Shown: positions 36,830 through 46,772 of the stretch, one piece after another
Position numbering within the stretch: the first letter of the stretch is position 1
How the letters are laid out: every line of letters starts with the position of its first letter
From: Candidatus Moraniibacteriota bacterium
GTDB lineage: Bacteria; Patescibacteriota; Minisyncoccia; Moranbacterales; UBA9337
DNA length: 64,000 bases
Reading direction: 5' to 3'
Assembly (NCBI GenBank): GCA_028695135.1
Contig: JAQVJM010000004.1
Span: forward strand, 1,696 to 65,695
Position numbers and translations under genes: made by a program
Notes under the pieces: generated by a model
What the model was told of the DNA's origin: nothing
Database searches by the model: none
Seen by the model: only the letters and a program-made list of their open reading frames with translations

Positions 36830-37195
36830 ATGAGGCATAAAAAAGAAGGGAAAAAATTAAGCAGGGAACCGAGACAAAGAAGGGCGCTTGCCAGCGGGCT
36901 TATATCCAATTTGATATTGAAAGAAAGGATAATCACTACCCAAGCCAAAGCAAAATATATAAAACCCAGGGTGGATAAATTTATTACCAAAATCAAGAAA
37001 GCGGGAACGGATGACCAGAAAAAAGTCGCGGCTATCAGGGATCTGAGGAAGAGCTTAAATGAAGAGTCTGTAAAAAAAATTTCCGGTGATTTTATCAATA
37101 AGTTCGAAGGAAGAAGCAGCGGATATACCCGGATAATAAAATTACCCGGCAGAAAAAGCGACGGAGCTGAAATGGCCGTTATAGAATTTGTATAA
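36830..37195 (+). CDS. rplQ: 50S ribosomal protein L17
   Basis: MRHKK.GKKLSR...RRALASGL; typical length and position after rpoA. Confidence 0.9.
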   Translation: MRHKKEGKKLSREPRQRRALASGLISNLILKERIITTQAKAKYIKPRVDKFITKIKKAGTDDQKKVAAIRDLRKSLNEESVKKISGDFINKFEGRSSGYTRIIKLPGRKSDGAEMAVIEFV

Positions 37196-37221
37196 AACTA
37201 GAAATAAGGGTCTATAAAAAT

Positions 37222-37608
37222 ATGCGAAGAAAATATTATCATATAAGCGCTCAAGGAAAGGTTCTGGGCAGACTGGCCACTCAGTCAGCCAAGATTTTAA
37301 GCGGAAGAAACAAAGTCGAATTTACTCCCAATGTAGATGGAGGAGATTTTGTGATAGTTACCGATTCGGACGGAGTTATAGTAACCGGAAACAAAAGAAA
37401 AGGCAAAAAATATCAGAGCTATTCGGGCTATCCGGGAGGAATCAAAGAGATATCTTTTGAGGATCAGATGAAAAAAGATTCGACCAGAGTCGTATATTCG
37501 GCTGTGCGAGGGATGTTGCCCAAAAATAAGCTCAGAAGTAAAATGCTTAAAAGATTGATTATTTTCAAGAACAGTAACCACAATTATAAAATAGACCAGG
37601 AAATATAG
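37222..37608 (+). CDS. rplM: 50S ribosomal protein L13
   Basis: GRLATQSAKILSG, VDGGDFVIVTDS; classical rplM-rpsI pair. Confidence 0.9.
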   Translation: MRRKYYHISAQGKVLGRLATQSAKILSGRNKVEFTPNVDGGDFVIVTDSDGVIVTGNKRKGKKYQSYSGYPGGIKEISFEDQMKKDSTRVVYSAVRGMLPKNKLRSKMLKRLIIFKNSNHNYKIDQEI

Positions 37609-37618
37609 GAAAATTTTT

Positions 37619-38077
37619 ATGAATGAAGAAAAAATAAGCCGTAAAGCGGTGGAAAAAAAGAAAGATGCCAATAAGTCGGAAAAATATTTTTATGCTGTAG
37701 GAAGAAGAAAGACTTCTGTGGCGCAAGTCAGGATCTTTCCTGAAGATAAGGCTGGCGAAAGCAGCTGGTTCGTAAACAGCAGAAAAATGAAGGATTATTT
37801 TCCTGAAGAGAAGATGCAGTTATTGTTCCTGTCTCCCCTCAAGGAGGCCGGAATGATAGAAAACTTCAGAGTTTCTGTTGTCGTAAAGGGAGGAGGAACA
37901 ACCGGTCAAGTCGAAGCTTCCAGGATGGGAATAGCCAGAGCGCTGGTTGAATTTGATGAAGAACTCCGCCCCGTGTTGAAGGCCAATGGATTTCTTAAAA
38001 GAGACGATAGAAGGGTTGAAAGAAAGAAGCCAGGGCTCAAGAAAGCAAGAAGGTCTCCTCAGTGGAGCAAGCGATAA
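37619..38077 (+). CDS. rpsI: 30S ribosomal protein S9
   Basis: GRRKTSVAQVRI, GGGTTGQVEA, C-terminal KKPGLKKARRSPQWSKR. Confidence 0.9.
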   Translation: MNEEKISRKAVEKKKDANKSEKYFYAVGRRKTSVAQVRIFPEDKAGESSWFVNSRKMKDYFPEEKMQLLFLSPLKEAGMIENFRVSVVVKGGGTTGQVEASRMGIARALVEFDEELRPVLKANGFLKRDDRRVERKKPGLKKARRSPQWSKR

Positions 38078-38389
38078 CCTTTTCAATCGCGGGAAATAAA
38101 AAATTTCGAGAAAATGTTTTATCTGATAAAAATTCGCCTTTTTCCCAAAATTATTGAAAATCTTGACTTTTAAAAGTAAAATAACTTTAGTTAAGGCAAT
38201 TTTTCGTTTTATCTTGAAATAACAGGATCAAAGATTGCCATAAATATGATTTTATTCTAATATTTCAGTTAGCCGTTTCTAAGTTGGGTTAGAAACGGCT
38301 TTTGTTATGGATTAAATTGCAAAAAATGTCTCAGCCCTTTATACTGAATATATGCCTGATACTATGCTTAATACTTAATACACAAAAAA

Positions 38390-39880
38390 ATGAGAGACGA
38401 TATTAGGAAGACCAAGCTTGATAAGCTAGAAAACTTAAAAAATTTCGGGATGAATCCTTATCCGGAAAAAGCCCGAAGAACCCACACTAATAAGGAAGCT
38501 CTGGATAATTTTGATGACGTAAAGGAAGATATTTATTTGGCGGGCAGAGTAGCGTCTCTTCGCCCTATGGGAGGATCCTCATTCGTCCATATTGAAGACG
38601 GAACTGGCAAGATCCAATTATTCTTCAACAAGAAAAACATCGGTGATGATCGATACAAGCTTTTTGTCAAGAATATAGAATTGGGTGATTTTGTCCAAGT
38701 TAAAGGAAAGCTGTTCAAGACCAAGACCGGGGAAAAAACTTTGCAGGCGAACGAATGGAAAATTTTAAGCAAAACACTCGAATCTTTCCCGACCGAATAT
38801 TTCGGTTTTAGAAACGAGGAAGAAAAATTTCGCAAAAGATATCTGGATCTGTTTTTTAACAGGGAAGAGAGGGAAATATTTGTGCGCCGGGCTAAATTTT
38901 GGAAAGCCATAAGAGATTTTATGGTAAGTAAGGGATTTCTCGAGGTGGAGACTCCTTATATTGAAACGACTACCGGAGGGGCGGAAGCGCGTCCTTTCGA
39001 AACCTTTCATAATGATTTTGATATCCCTGTTTATATGCGGATATGTGTAGGAGAATTATGGCAAAAAAGACTTATGGCAGCAGGATTCGAGAAAACCTTT
39101 GAAATCGGAAGAGCTTTCAGGAATGAGGGAACCAGTCCGGATCATTTGCAAGAATTCACCAATATGGAGTTTTACTGGGCTTATGCCGATTATAACGATG
39201 GCATGGAATTGGTTAGGGAGCTGTACCGATTTATCGCCGAGGAGGTTTATGGCAAAACGGAATTTGAAGCCAGAGGACATAAGTTTGATCTGGCTGATGA
39301 ATGGAAAAAAATCGATTATACAGATGAAGTTAAAGAGCAGACCGGAATCAATATTTTGGAGGCTGATGAAAAGGAGCTTAAGAGTAGGCTTGATGAGCTG
39401 AAAGTCAAATATGACGGGGACAATAAAGAGAGATATGTAGATTCTCTTTGGAAATATTGTCGCAAAAATATAGCAGGGCCGGCCTTTTTGATAAATCATC
39501 CCGTTTTTATGTCCCCGCTGGCCAAAAGAAAAGAAGAATCTCCCGAGCAGGCCGGAAGATTCCAGGTTCTCATCGGTGGAGCGGAAGTAGGAAGCGGATA
39601 TTCAGAGCTTAACGACCCGATTGATCAGAGAAAAAGATTCGAGGAGCAACAAAAACTTATTGATGCCGGGGATAAAGAGGCTATGATGCCAGATTGGGAA
39701 TTTGTGGAAATGCTTGAATATGGAATGCCTCCGACCTGCGGATTCGGAGTGGGCGAAAGGCTCTTTGCTTTTTTGGAAAATAAGACCCTTCGTGAAGTGA
39801 CGCTTTTCCCTTTAGTAAAGCCGAAAAAAGAGAAAAAGAATAGTCCAAAAAAGAAAATTCAAAAAGCGGACAAGAAGTAA
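38390..39880 (+). CDS. lysS: lysine--tRNA ligase (class II)
   Basis: OB anticodon-binding domain, class II motifs FRNEG and GxGxGxxR-type (GFGVGERL); 496 aa. Confidence 0.9.
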   Translation: MRDDIRKTKLDKLENLKNFGMNPYPEKARRTHTNKEALDNFDDVKEDIYLAGRVASLRPMGGSSFVHIEDGTGKIQLFFNKKNIGDDRYKLFVKNIELGDFVQVKGKLFKTKTGEKTLQANEWKILSKTLESFPTEYFGFRNEEEKFRKRYLDLFFNREEREIFVRRAKFWKAIRDFMVSKGFLEVETPYIETTTGGAEARPFETFHNDFDIPVYMRICVGELWQKRLMAAGFEKTFEIGRAFRNEGTSPDHLQEFTNMEFYWAYADYNDGMELVRELYRFIAEEVYGKTEFEARGHKFDLADEWKKIDYTDEVKEQTGINILEADEKELKSRLDELKVKYDGDNKERYVDSLWKYCRKNIAGPAFLINHPVFMSPLAKRKEESPEQAGRFQVLIGGAEVGSGYSELNDPIDQRKRFEEQQKLIDAGDKEAMMPDWEFVEMLEYGMPPTCGFGVGERLFAFLENKTLREVTLFPLVKPKKEKKNSPKKKIQKADKK

Positions 39881-39927
39881 AATTTCCTTCCGGACAGGGA
39901 GTGCAGACAGAATTATTCATAAAATTT

Positions 39928-40890
39928 ATGCTTATTGATGACGTGACAATTAATGTCAGAGCGGGAAAGGGTGGCGAAGGCGCCAGCCTTTTTTCGCGCA
40001 TTGCGATGAGCCGAGGCCCTTCCGGGGGAAACGGGGGAAAGGGCGGCAACATAATAATAAAGGGCGTTTCTGATATAGGGGCTCTTAGAAAATTTCGTAA
40101 TAAAAAGGATATCAGGGCGGGAGATGGCAAAAATGGCAGTCAGAATATGCGTACGGGATCCGATGGAAAGGATGAGATCATATTTGTTCCGGCCGGAACA
40201 GTTGTTCACGATATGACGGATAAAAAAAAGAATGAGATTAAAGAGCCGGGAGAAGAAATAATAATTGCTCGAGGAGGCAAGGGGGGATTCGGTAATTTTC
40301 ATTATCGTTCCGGCAGAAATACCAGTCCCGAAAGGGCTAACCCCGGGGAACCCGGAGAGTCCAAAAAAATTAGATTGGAACTTAAGCTTATCGCCGATGT
40401 AGGTTTTGTCGGATATCCTAATGTGGGGAAATCAACTCTTTTGAATGAACTGACAAACGCCTCCAGCAAGGTGGCTAATTATAAATTTACTACCCTGGAA
40501 CCTTACTTGGGAGTTTATTATGAGCTTATTCTGGCCGATATCCCCGGAATAATAAAGGATGCTTCAAAAGGCAGAGGATTGGGGTATAAATTTTTACGGC
40601 ATATCGAAAGAACAAAAACCATTTTCCATTTTGTCGCCGCCGATAGCAGCGATCCTTTGAAAGACTACGAAAGTATCAGAAAGGAATTGGGAAAATACAA
40701 TCCAAATGTGCTAAAAAAGCCGGAGTGGATAATTGTGAGCCGTGCCGATGAAAAGTCTGAAGAAGAAGTCGAAAAAATAGTCAAAGAATTGAAGAAAAAA
40801 AACTCAAAAACGGTCTCTCTTTCTATCTTGGACGATAAGAGCCTTAAAGGAGTGAAAAATATTCTCAATAGTATCAAGGAAAATAAGTAA
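39928..40890 (+). CDS. obg: GTPase Obg/CgtA
   Basis: Gly-rich Obg fold (GKGGEGASL, GGNGGKGGNII), G-domain GYPNVGKST, DIPGII; start at ATG 39928 (ORF track GTG 39901). Confidence 0.85.
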   Translation: MLIDDVTINVRAGKGGEGASLFSRIAMSRGPSGGNGGKGGNIIIKGVSDIGALRKFRNKKDIRAGDGKNGSQNMRTGSDGKDEIIFVPAGTVVHDMTDKKKNEIKEPGEEIIIARGGKGGFGNFHYRSGRNTSPERANPGEPGESKKIRLELKLIADVGFVGYPNVGKSTLLNELTNASSKVANYKFTTLEPYLGVYYELILADIPGIIKDASKGRGLGYKFLRHIERTKTIFHFVAADSSDPLKDYESIRKELGKYNPNVLKKPEWIIVSRADEKSEEEVEKIVKELKKKNSKTVSLSILDDKSLKGVKNILNSIKENK

Positions 40891-40912
40891 TCCAAGCAAT
40901 AAGAAATGTAAA

Positions 40913-41512
40913 ATGAAAAAAATATTGATTGCGACAACCAATAAGAATAAGGCCGATCAATTCAAGAGAATTTTTAAGAGAGAAAAATTTTATCTTAAAA
41001 CGACATTTTTGGTTGAAATGGGGATAAAGGATGATATCGAGGAGGATGGGAAAACATTGCTTGAGAATGCTGAAAAGAAGGCTGAATATTTCGGAGAAAA
41101 AACAGGCCTGCTTACTCTTGCCGATGACTTTGGATTTTTTGTATATCATATGGGTGGAAAACCCGGGATTCATGCCAAGAGATGGATGGAAGGAACTGAT
41201 ACTGATAGGTGCGATGAAATTTTGAAAAGACTTGACGGATTGCTGGAAAAAGATAGGGGAGCCCTCTATGCGGGAGTTATAGCGGTATATGATCCGAAAG
41301 TTAAGAAATTCTGGCATTTCAAGCTTGAAACTAGAGGAAAAGTCTCGAATAAATTTAAAGGAAAAAAAGCATTTGGATATGACCAAATATTTTCTCCTGA
41401 TAAATTTCCAGATAAAACCTATTCGGAATTAAGCGATGAGGAGCTTGAGGCAGTAGGGCATAGGAGCAAAGGAGTGATGGAATTTTTAAAAATATATGGG
41501 AAAAAGTTGTAG
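40913..41512 (+). CDS. rdgB: non-canonical purine NTP pyrophosphatase (RdgB/HAM1 family)
   Basis: ATTNKNKADQF N-terminus, FGYDQIF, GHRSKG motifs. Confidence 0.75.
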   Translation: MKKILIATTNKNKADQFKRIFKREKFYLKTTFLVEMGIKDDIEEDGKTLLENAEKKAEYFGEKTGLLTLADDFGFFVYHMGGKPGIHAKRWMEGTDTDRCDEILKRLDGLLEKDRGALYAGVIAVYDPKVKKFWHFKLETRGKVSNKFKGKKAFGYDQIFSPDKFPDKTYSELSDEELEAVGHRSKGVMEFLKIYGKKL

Positions 41513-41597
41513 CATGTAAGAAGGCAGGATAATTTTTAGGCAGGTGTTTAAAAAATTAATATTTTTTATAAAAAAAAAGATTATTCGGATAGTTGAT

Positions 41598-41622
41598 ACG
41601 ATAAAGCCCCGGTCGTTGCCGG
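41598..41622. terminator. bidirectional rho-independent terminator (GCCCCGG-TCGTT-GCCGGGGC)
   Basis: perfect 7-8-bp GC stem between convergent genes. Confidence 0.6.
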
Positions 41623-41672
41623 GGCCTTATGATATAAGAAAAGTGCTTTTATTGTACGTTTAGTTTCGTATT

Positions 41673-42347
41673 CTAGAATTGAACGTTCGCTGAATATTTC
41701 TGCAGGTTTTTTAGTTGAGCGTCGTTTAGGTTTTTGGAAGCTGAAATAGCTTCTTGAATCAGGCTTTTAGAAAACTCAACGGATGTTCCGACATGTACCC
41801 TTCCCTGAAAGCCTACCTTTTTGCGCAGATAATCTTCAATGTAGATCTTGTGTTCGTTTGTAAGCGAAGAGTCCGGATTCTTTTCCAGATAATGGGCCAA
41901 AGCCCTCCTGGCCAAATGAGTCGTTCCGTCTCCCGCTTGAGCGCTTTCGATGAAAGAATTCTCTGTTTCTTGCGCTTCGGCGACAGGTTGCTTCTGAGTT
42001 ACTGGAGCCTCTGGGGCTTCAGCCGGCATCCCGGTTTCTGGGACTGTTTCCGTATCTTCCGTCCCGGCCACTTCAGCGGATCCGGTTTCGTCAGCGGCAG
42101 CTGATTCCGTTATGTCGCCTTCTTCAGTTTCGCTGGAAGAAAGATCTTCAAGGATCTTTTCGATGTCGCTGCCTCTTTCCGCCACTTCGACGGATTCTTC
42201 TCCTCTTTTAGAATAGGAGTATATCGAGGAAGCGATCAATAAGACTATCAGAATGCTTACAATAATACGGATATTCTCTTGAGCCCATTCTTTTATCTTG
42301 TCCATAGTATTTTGGCCACTCGTTTCATTGTTAAATTCATCGTTCAT
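41673..42347 (-). CDS. hypothetical membrane-anchored protein with acidic linker
   Basis: SD AGAGGTG before the ATG at 42347; one TM helix; E/T/A-rich low-complexity region. Confidence 0.45.
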   Translation of the reverse strand: MNDEFNNETSGQNTMDKIKEWAQENIRIIVSILIVLLIASSIYSYSKRGEESVEVAERGSDIEKILEDLSSSETEEGDITESAAADETGSAEVAGTEDTETVPETGMPAEAPEAPVTQKQPVAEAQETENSFIESAQAGDGTTHLARRALAHYLEKNPDSSLTNEHKIYIEDYLRKKVGFQGRVHVGTSVEFSKSLIQEAISASKNLNDAQLKNLQKYSANVQF

Positions 42348-42565
42348 TTTTTCACCTCTCTTTCTAGTGCTTGCCCTCAAAGAGAGCAAGGCTTATTTTT
42401 AATTTGTTAAGGTACCGCTTGCGTTGAAGACGGCAATTCTATTGCGGGACGCAATGACCGCAATCCATCTGTTTTTTAATTCTAAGGCAATAAAAGGGCT
42501 GAGTCAACTGGACAAATTTTATAAATATTTTATAATTTCTTTTTGCCTAAGTTGAAGATAAGAAG

Positions 42566-43483
42566 TCATATCGTTATTTTACAAACCCTTCTTTTTCCGG
42601 CCAGGTCTTTGTAAAATTTGACCTTGGCTTTCGGAAAATAATTTTTTATGATTTTTTCGAGCTTATTTTTTTGTTCGGGAGAAATTTCAAAGAAAATCGC
42701 AAATCGCAAATCGCAAATCGCAAATCTTTCAGATATCTGCTTCAGCAATTTTTCATAGTGAGCGAGGCCGTAATTTTCAGAATAAAGCGAGGATCCCGGT
42801 TCGTATTTACTTACATCTTTCGGGGAAGAAGCATATATTTTTTTTGAGAGATAAGGAAGATTGGCGGCGATGATTAGCTTATCGAGCTTTAGCTTCGTCA
42901 GCTTCTCAGTTAGCGGCGAAAGGAGACTGCCATGAATGAATTTTATGTTTCGTGCGACATTATGTCTTTTGGAATTTTTTCTAGCTATTTTTAAAGCCAT
43001 TCTCGAAACATCGATTCCGTAAAGCTCATGATTATTATTTTTTGATTCCAATCGCTTTGCGATTGAGACAATGATATTCCCGCTTCCGGTACCTATGTCA
43101 CAAATCGCGTATCGCGTATCGCTCAACTTTTTATTTTTCTTAGTTATCCCAGTATTTTCTTGTCCCTTGTCGCTTGTCGCTTGCTTCAGAACGAGATCCA
43201 CGATCAATTCCGTTTCCGGCCGGGGAATGAGCGTGTGCTTGTTGACCTCAAAATCCAACCCATAAAATTCTTTGTGTCCCGTTATATATGCGATCGGCTC
43301 GTGTTTCATCCTTCTTTTTAAAAATGATCCAAGTTTTGCGTTTTGCGTTTTGCGAATCTCGTATTCAGGATGCGATAAAACAAACTCCCGCGGTTTTTTA
43401 ATCGCATGAGAAATCAAAATCTCCAGGTCTAGTGGAGATAATTTTTCATAATATTTTTTTAAAATGTCGGATATTCTGCTCAT
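42566..43483 (-). CDS. prmC: release-factor glutamine N5-methyltransferase PrmC (HemK); carries three heptamer microsatellites in frame
   Basis: SAM motif DIGTGSGNI, catalytic NLPY (NPPY variant); immediately downstream of prfA on the same strand. Confidence 0.8.
   Translation of the reverse strand: MSRISDILKKYYEKLSPLDLEILISHAIKKPREFVLSHPEYEIRKTQNAKLGSFLKRRMKHEPIAYITGHKEFYGLDFEVNKHTLIPRPETELIVDLVLKQATSDKGQENTGITKKNKKLSDTRYAICDIGTGSGNIIVSIAKRLESKNNNHELYGIDVSRMALKIARKNSKRHNVARNIKFIHGSLLSPLTEKLTKLKLDKLIIAANLPYLSKKIYASSPKDVSKYEPGSSLYSENYGLAHYEKLLKQISERFAICDLRFAIFFEISPEQKNKLEKIIKNYFPKAKVKFYKDLAGKRRVCKITI
42694..42726. repeat. (AAATCGC)x4.7 heptamer tandem repeat inside prmC; related tracts (ATCGCGT)x2.7 at 43104-43122 and (TTTTGCG)x3 at 43334-43354
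   Basis: seen in sequence; all lie inside the prmC reading frame (peptides AICDLRFAIF, RYAICDIG, TQNAKLG). Confidence 0.8.
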
Positions 43484-43564
43484 AAAGATAGAATATTTTT
43501 CATGTTTTTATCTTTCTCGTACTCGATAAATAGTGAATGTTTAATGGCCGATATCATATGTTTT

Positions 43565-44632
43565 TTATGGCTTAACAGCCATCTTCCTCCTGATATCTTC
43601 TTCCTTGAGCGATTCGGTTATATCATCAAGTTCACCGTCAAGGATAACCTCTATATTGTTCCAAGATTGTTTTATCCTATGGTCGGTGATCCTGTCTTGG
43701 GGAAAATTATAAGTTCGGATCTTTTCGCTCCGGTCTCCGGTTCCGATCTGGCTTTTTCTTTGATCTCCAAGCTTTTTGGCTTCCTCTTCTTCCTTTATCT
43801 GGACCAAGCGAGAGCGTAAAACTTTCATAGCCTTATCCTTGTTCTTGTGCTGGGATTTTTCGTCCTGGCAGGAGACGATGAGGCCGGTAGGCAGGTGGGT
43901 TATGCGGACGGCGCTGTTAGTGGTGTTTACGCTTTGCCCTCCCGGACCGGATGAAGCGAAGGTATCGATGCGCAGATCTTTCTCATCGATCTTGATGTCG
44001 ACTTCTTCAGCCTCCGGCAATACGGCGACGGTGGCGGTGGAAGTGTGGATCCGGCCGGATTTTTCTGTTTCAGGGATCCGTTGGACCCTATGCACTCCGG
44101 ACTCATATTTCATTTTTGCATAAACATCTGTCCCGTTGATTTCGAATATGATTTCCTTAAATCCTCCTATTCCGGTCTGGTTCGAATTTAGGACGGAAAT
44201 GGACCATCCGTTTTTTTCGGCAAATCGGCTATACATCCTGAAAAGATCTCCGGCGAAAAGTCCGGATTCGTCTCCTCCGGCTCCGGCTCGGATTTCCACG
44301 ATTACATTTTTGCCGTCATTTGGATCTTTGGGTACCAGTTCCATTTCCAATTTTTTCCCCAGATCTTCCTTTTTCCTGGAAAGTTCGATATTTTCTTCCA
44401 TAGCCATCCGCTTCATTTCCTCGTCAGTTTCGGTATTCATTATTTCGGCGTTACCTTTCATATCATGCTCCGCCTTCTCCAGTTCATTTATGATTACGAT
44501 GATTTCCTCCAATTCCGCCTGTCTTTTGCCCAACTCGGCCATTTTTTTCGAATCGGAAACCAGCTCAGGCGAGCTGAGCTTTTCTTGTATTTCGGCGTAT
44601 TCTTTTTTAACAGCTTCGATCCGCGATTTCAT
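43565..44632 (-). CDS. prfA: peptide chain release factor 1
   Basis: PxT-type domain, GGQ motif ([11 protein letters not shown]); start at the internal ATG 44632. Confidence 0.9.
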   Translation of the reverse strand: MKSRIEAVKKEYAEIQEKLSSPELVSDSKKMAELGKRQAELEEIIVIINELEKAEHDMKGNAEIMNTETDEEMKRMAMEENIELSRKKEDLGKKLEMELVPKDPNDGKNVIVEIRAGAGGDESGLFAGDLFRMYSRFAEKNGWSISVLNSNQTGIGGFKEIIFEINGTDVYAKMKYESGVHRVQRIPETEKSGRIHTSTATVAVLPEAEEVDIKIDEKDLRIDTFASSGPGGQSVNTTNSAVRITHLPTGLIVSCQDEKSQHKNKDKAMKVLRSRLVQIKEEEEAKKLGDQRKSQIGTGDRSEKIRTYNFPQDRITDHRIKQSWNNIEVILDGELDDITESLKEEDIRRKMAVKP

Positions 44633-44763
44633 ATTTATTATTTTAATATTATAAATTCTATATTTATAGAAGGATAAAGTCAATTGGAGCAATATTTCCG
44701 TTTACAAATAGTGAATTGTATCTTAAAATAGGTATTGATGTTTTTATTTTAAAATAATTTTTT

Positions 44764-45501
44764 ATGATTTGGTTTTATACATCATTAAGCGTGCTGGTAG
44801 TGAGCCTGGTTTCTCTGGTGGGAATACTGACTTTTTCTCTCAAGGAAAAGGTTTTGGAGAAAATATTGATCTATCTGGTAAGTCTTTCGGTGGGAACTCT
44901 TCTCGGGGGCGCCTTTTTCCATCTTATTCCCGAGGCTTTTTCAGAAGACGGGTTGAGCGCATCCTTTTTGATACTTTTAGGGATATTGGTGTTTTTTATT
45001 TTGGAAAAAATCGTGCACTGGAGGCATTGCCACGAAGTGGCTTGCGACGAGCATCCCCATCCTTTTTCTTATATGATATTTGCGGGAGACACTCTCCATA
45101 ATTTTATTGATGGAGCGATTATCGCTGCCAGTTTTATGGTAAGCATTCCATTGGGATTGGCCACAACAATAGCGGTCATCCTTCACGAAATCCCTCAGGA
45201 GATAGGAGATTTCGGCTCGCTGGTATACGCCGGCTTTTCCAGATCCAAGGCGTTAGCTTTTAATTTTATCAGCGCTTTGTCTGCTTTTGCGGGGGCTTTT
45301 ATCGTTTTGATAATAGGAGAAAGATTTTTGCAGATGACCGAATATCTGATACCGATAACAGCCGGAGGATTCATCTATATTGCCATGGCAGATCTTATGC
45401 CGGAGATCCATAAGACGAAATCTGCAAATAAATCTTTGATCCAGTTGGCCTTTATTGTTCTGGGACTGGCTGCTATGGCAGCTATTCTCAGGTTAGAATA
45501 A
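44764..45501 (+). CDS. zupT: ZIP-family zinc/metal transporter
   Basis: HNFIDG and HEIPQEIGDF signature helices; 8 TM. Confidence 0.85.
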   Translation: MIWFYTSLSVLVVSLVSLVGILTFSLKEKVLEKILIYLVSLSVGTLLGGAFFHLIPEAFSEDGLSASFLILLGILVFFILEKIVHWRHCHEVACDEHPHPFSYMIFAGDTLHNFIDGAIIAASFMVSIPLGLATTIAVILHEIPQEIGDFGSLVYAGFSRSKALAFNFISALSAFAGAFIVLIIGERFLQMTEYLIPITAGGFIYIAMADLMPEIHKTKSANKSLIQLAFIVLGLAAMAAILRLE

Positions 45502-45506
45502 AAAAT

Positions 45507-46584
45507 ATGCAAGAATCGAAAGATAAGATTAAAATACTCAAAGATAAAATCCCGCTCCTGCGGGACCGTCTTTGACTTTGAGCAGAAAAAACAAAAAATG
45601 AAAGAACTTGAAGATGAAGCTCAACAGCCGGATTTTTGGAAAGACCAGAAAGTCGCTTCTTTAAAAATGAGAGAACTGGAAAATTTAAAAGAAGTTGTAG
45701 AAAAACTGGAAAACCTGGAAAAGAAGATTGGCTATCTGGAGGAAATATCGGAAATTGCGGAAAGCCCGAAGGAAAAAAAAGAAATAAAAGAACAGGTGGA
45801 TTCAGCGGAGAAGGAATCTGACCGATTGGAAGTCGATACTTTATTGGGAGGCAAATATGACCAAAGCGACGCTATTTTGTCGATACACGCGGGAGCGGGA
45901 GGCGTGGACGCCCAGGATTGGGCGGAAATGCTTCTTAGGATGTATATGCGCTGGGCGGAAGAAAAAAAATTCAAATTAAAAATACTGGATGAGTCCAGGG
46001 GAGGGGAAGCTGGGATAAAAAGCGCGACTATTGAAATAAGCGGACCGTATGCATACGGATATTTGAAGGGGGAGGCTGGAACGCATAGGCTAGTAAGACT
46101 GTCTCCTTTTAACTCTGATAATCTAAGGCAGACATCCTTCGCTTTGGCGGAAGTCTTGCCGGTGATCAAAGATTCAGAGGGAGAAAACGTAAATGAAAAA
46201 GATTTAAAAATAGATACTTTCAGGTCTTCCGGCGCAGGGGGGCAGAGTGTCAATACTACCGATAGCGCCGTAAGAATAACTCACATTCCGACAGGTATTG
46301 TCGTAACTTGCCAGAATGAGAGATCTCAATTGCAAAACAGGGAAAAGGCTTTGGAAATTCTTAATTCCAAACTGAGACAAAAGCAGGAGGAAGAAAGGCA
46401 GAAAGAAAAAAAAGAGCTGAGAGGCGAATATCGCAGCGCTGAATGGGGAAATCAGATAAGATCCTATGTTCTCCATCCCTATAAATTGGTCAAAGATCAT
46501 AGGACGGAATATGAGGAAAGCGACGCGGAGAAAGTTTTAGGCGGAAAGCTGGACGGATTTATCCGGGCTTATTTGGAAAAATAA
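45507..46584 (+). CDS. prfB: peptide chain release factor 2 with programmed +1 ribosomal frameshift (leader ORF ends CTT TGA C near 45570-45576; coordinates of the shift +/-1)
   Basis: leader MQESKDKIKILKDKIPLLRDRL then in-frame UGA; the +1 frame continues DFEQKKQKMKELEDEAQQPDFW...SPGGQ-type [11 protein letters not shown]; the ORF track starts only at 45598. Confidence 0.8.
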
Positions 46585-46772
46585 TTATCTTTTTTAGATA
46601 AGATCAAGATCATTATATTTTTTTCTCGAATAAGAATAAGATTATAATTTGTTATTTGGCCTTAAAAGTATTATAATGTTAACAGCGAATTGATATTTGC
46701 TTCTGTTTTAAGATAACTATTAAATTCATTCTGTCAAACTTAAATCCAATGGGTTTGCCAGGATAAAAAAAG

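Noticed and set aside
38160-38389. T-box or other riboswitch leader upstream of lysS
   Set aside because: There is a terminator-like hairpin (AGCCGTTTCTAA..TTAGAAACGGCT) but no T-box consensus (AATTAGGGTGGTACCGCG) or specifier-loop architecture. It is probably an ordinary upstream terminator or attenuator.
42694-42726. CRISPR array among the tandem repeats
   Set aside because: All tandem repeats in the window are 7-14-nt microsatellites or palindromes without spacers. There is no 25-40-nt repeat separated by unique spacers and no cas genes.
45507-45600. Reading prfB as one continuous unshifted ORF from ATG 45507
   Set aside because: As printed the two frames can be made contiguous. However the ORF track places the RF2 frame 1 nt off, and the unshifted translation (…KILKIKSRSCGTVFDF…) does not align to RF2, whereas leader + CTT TGA C + shifted body aligns well. 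The programmed frameshift is therefore retained.
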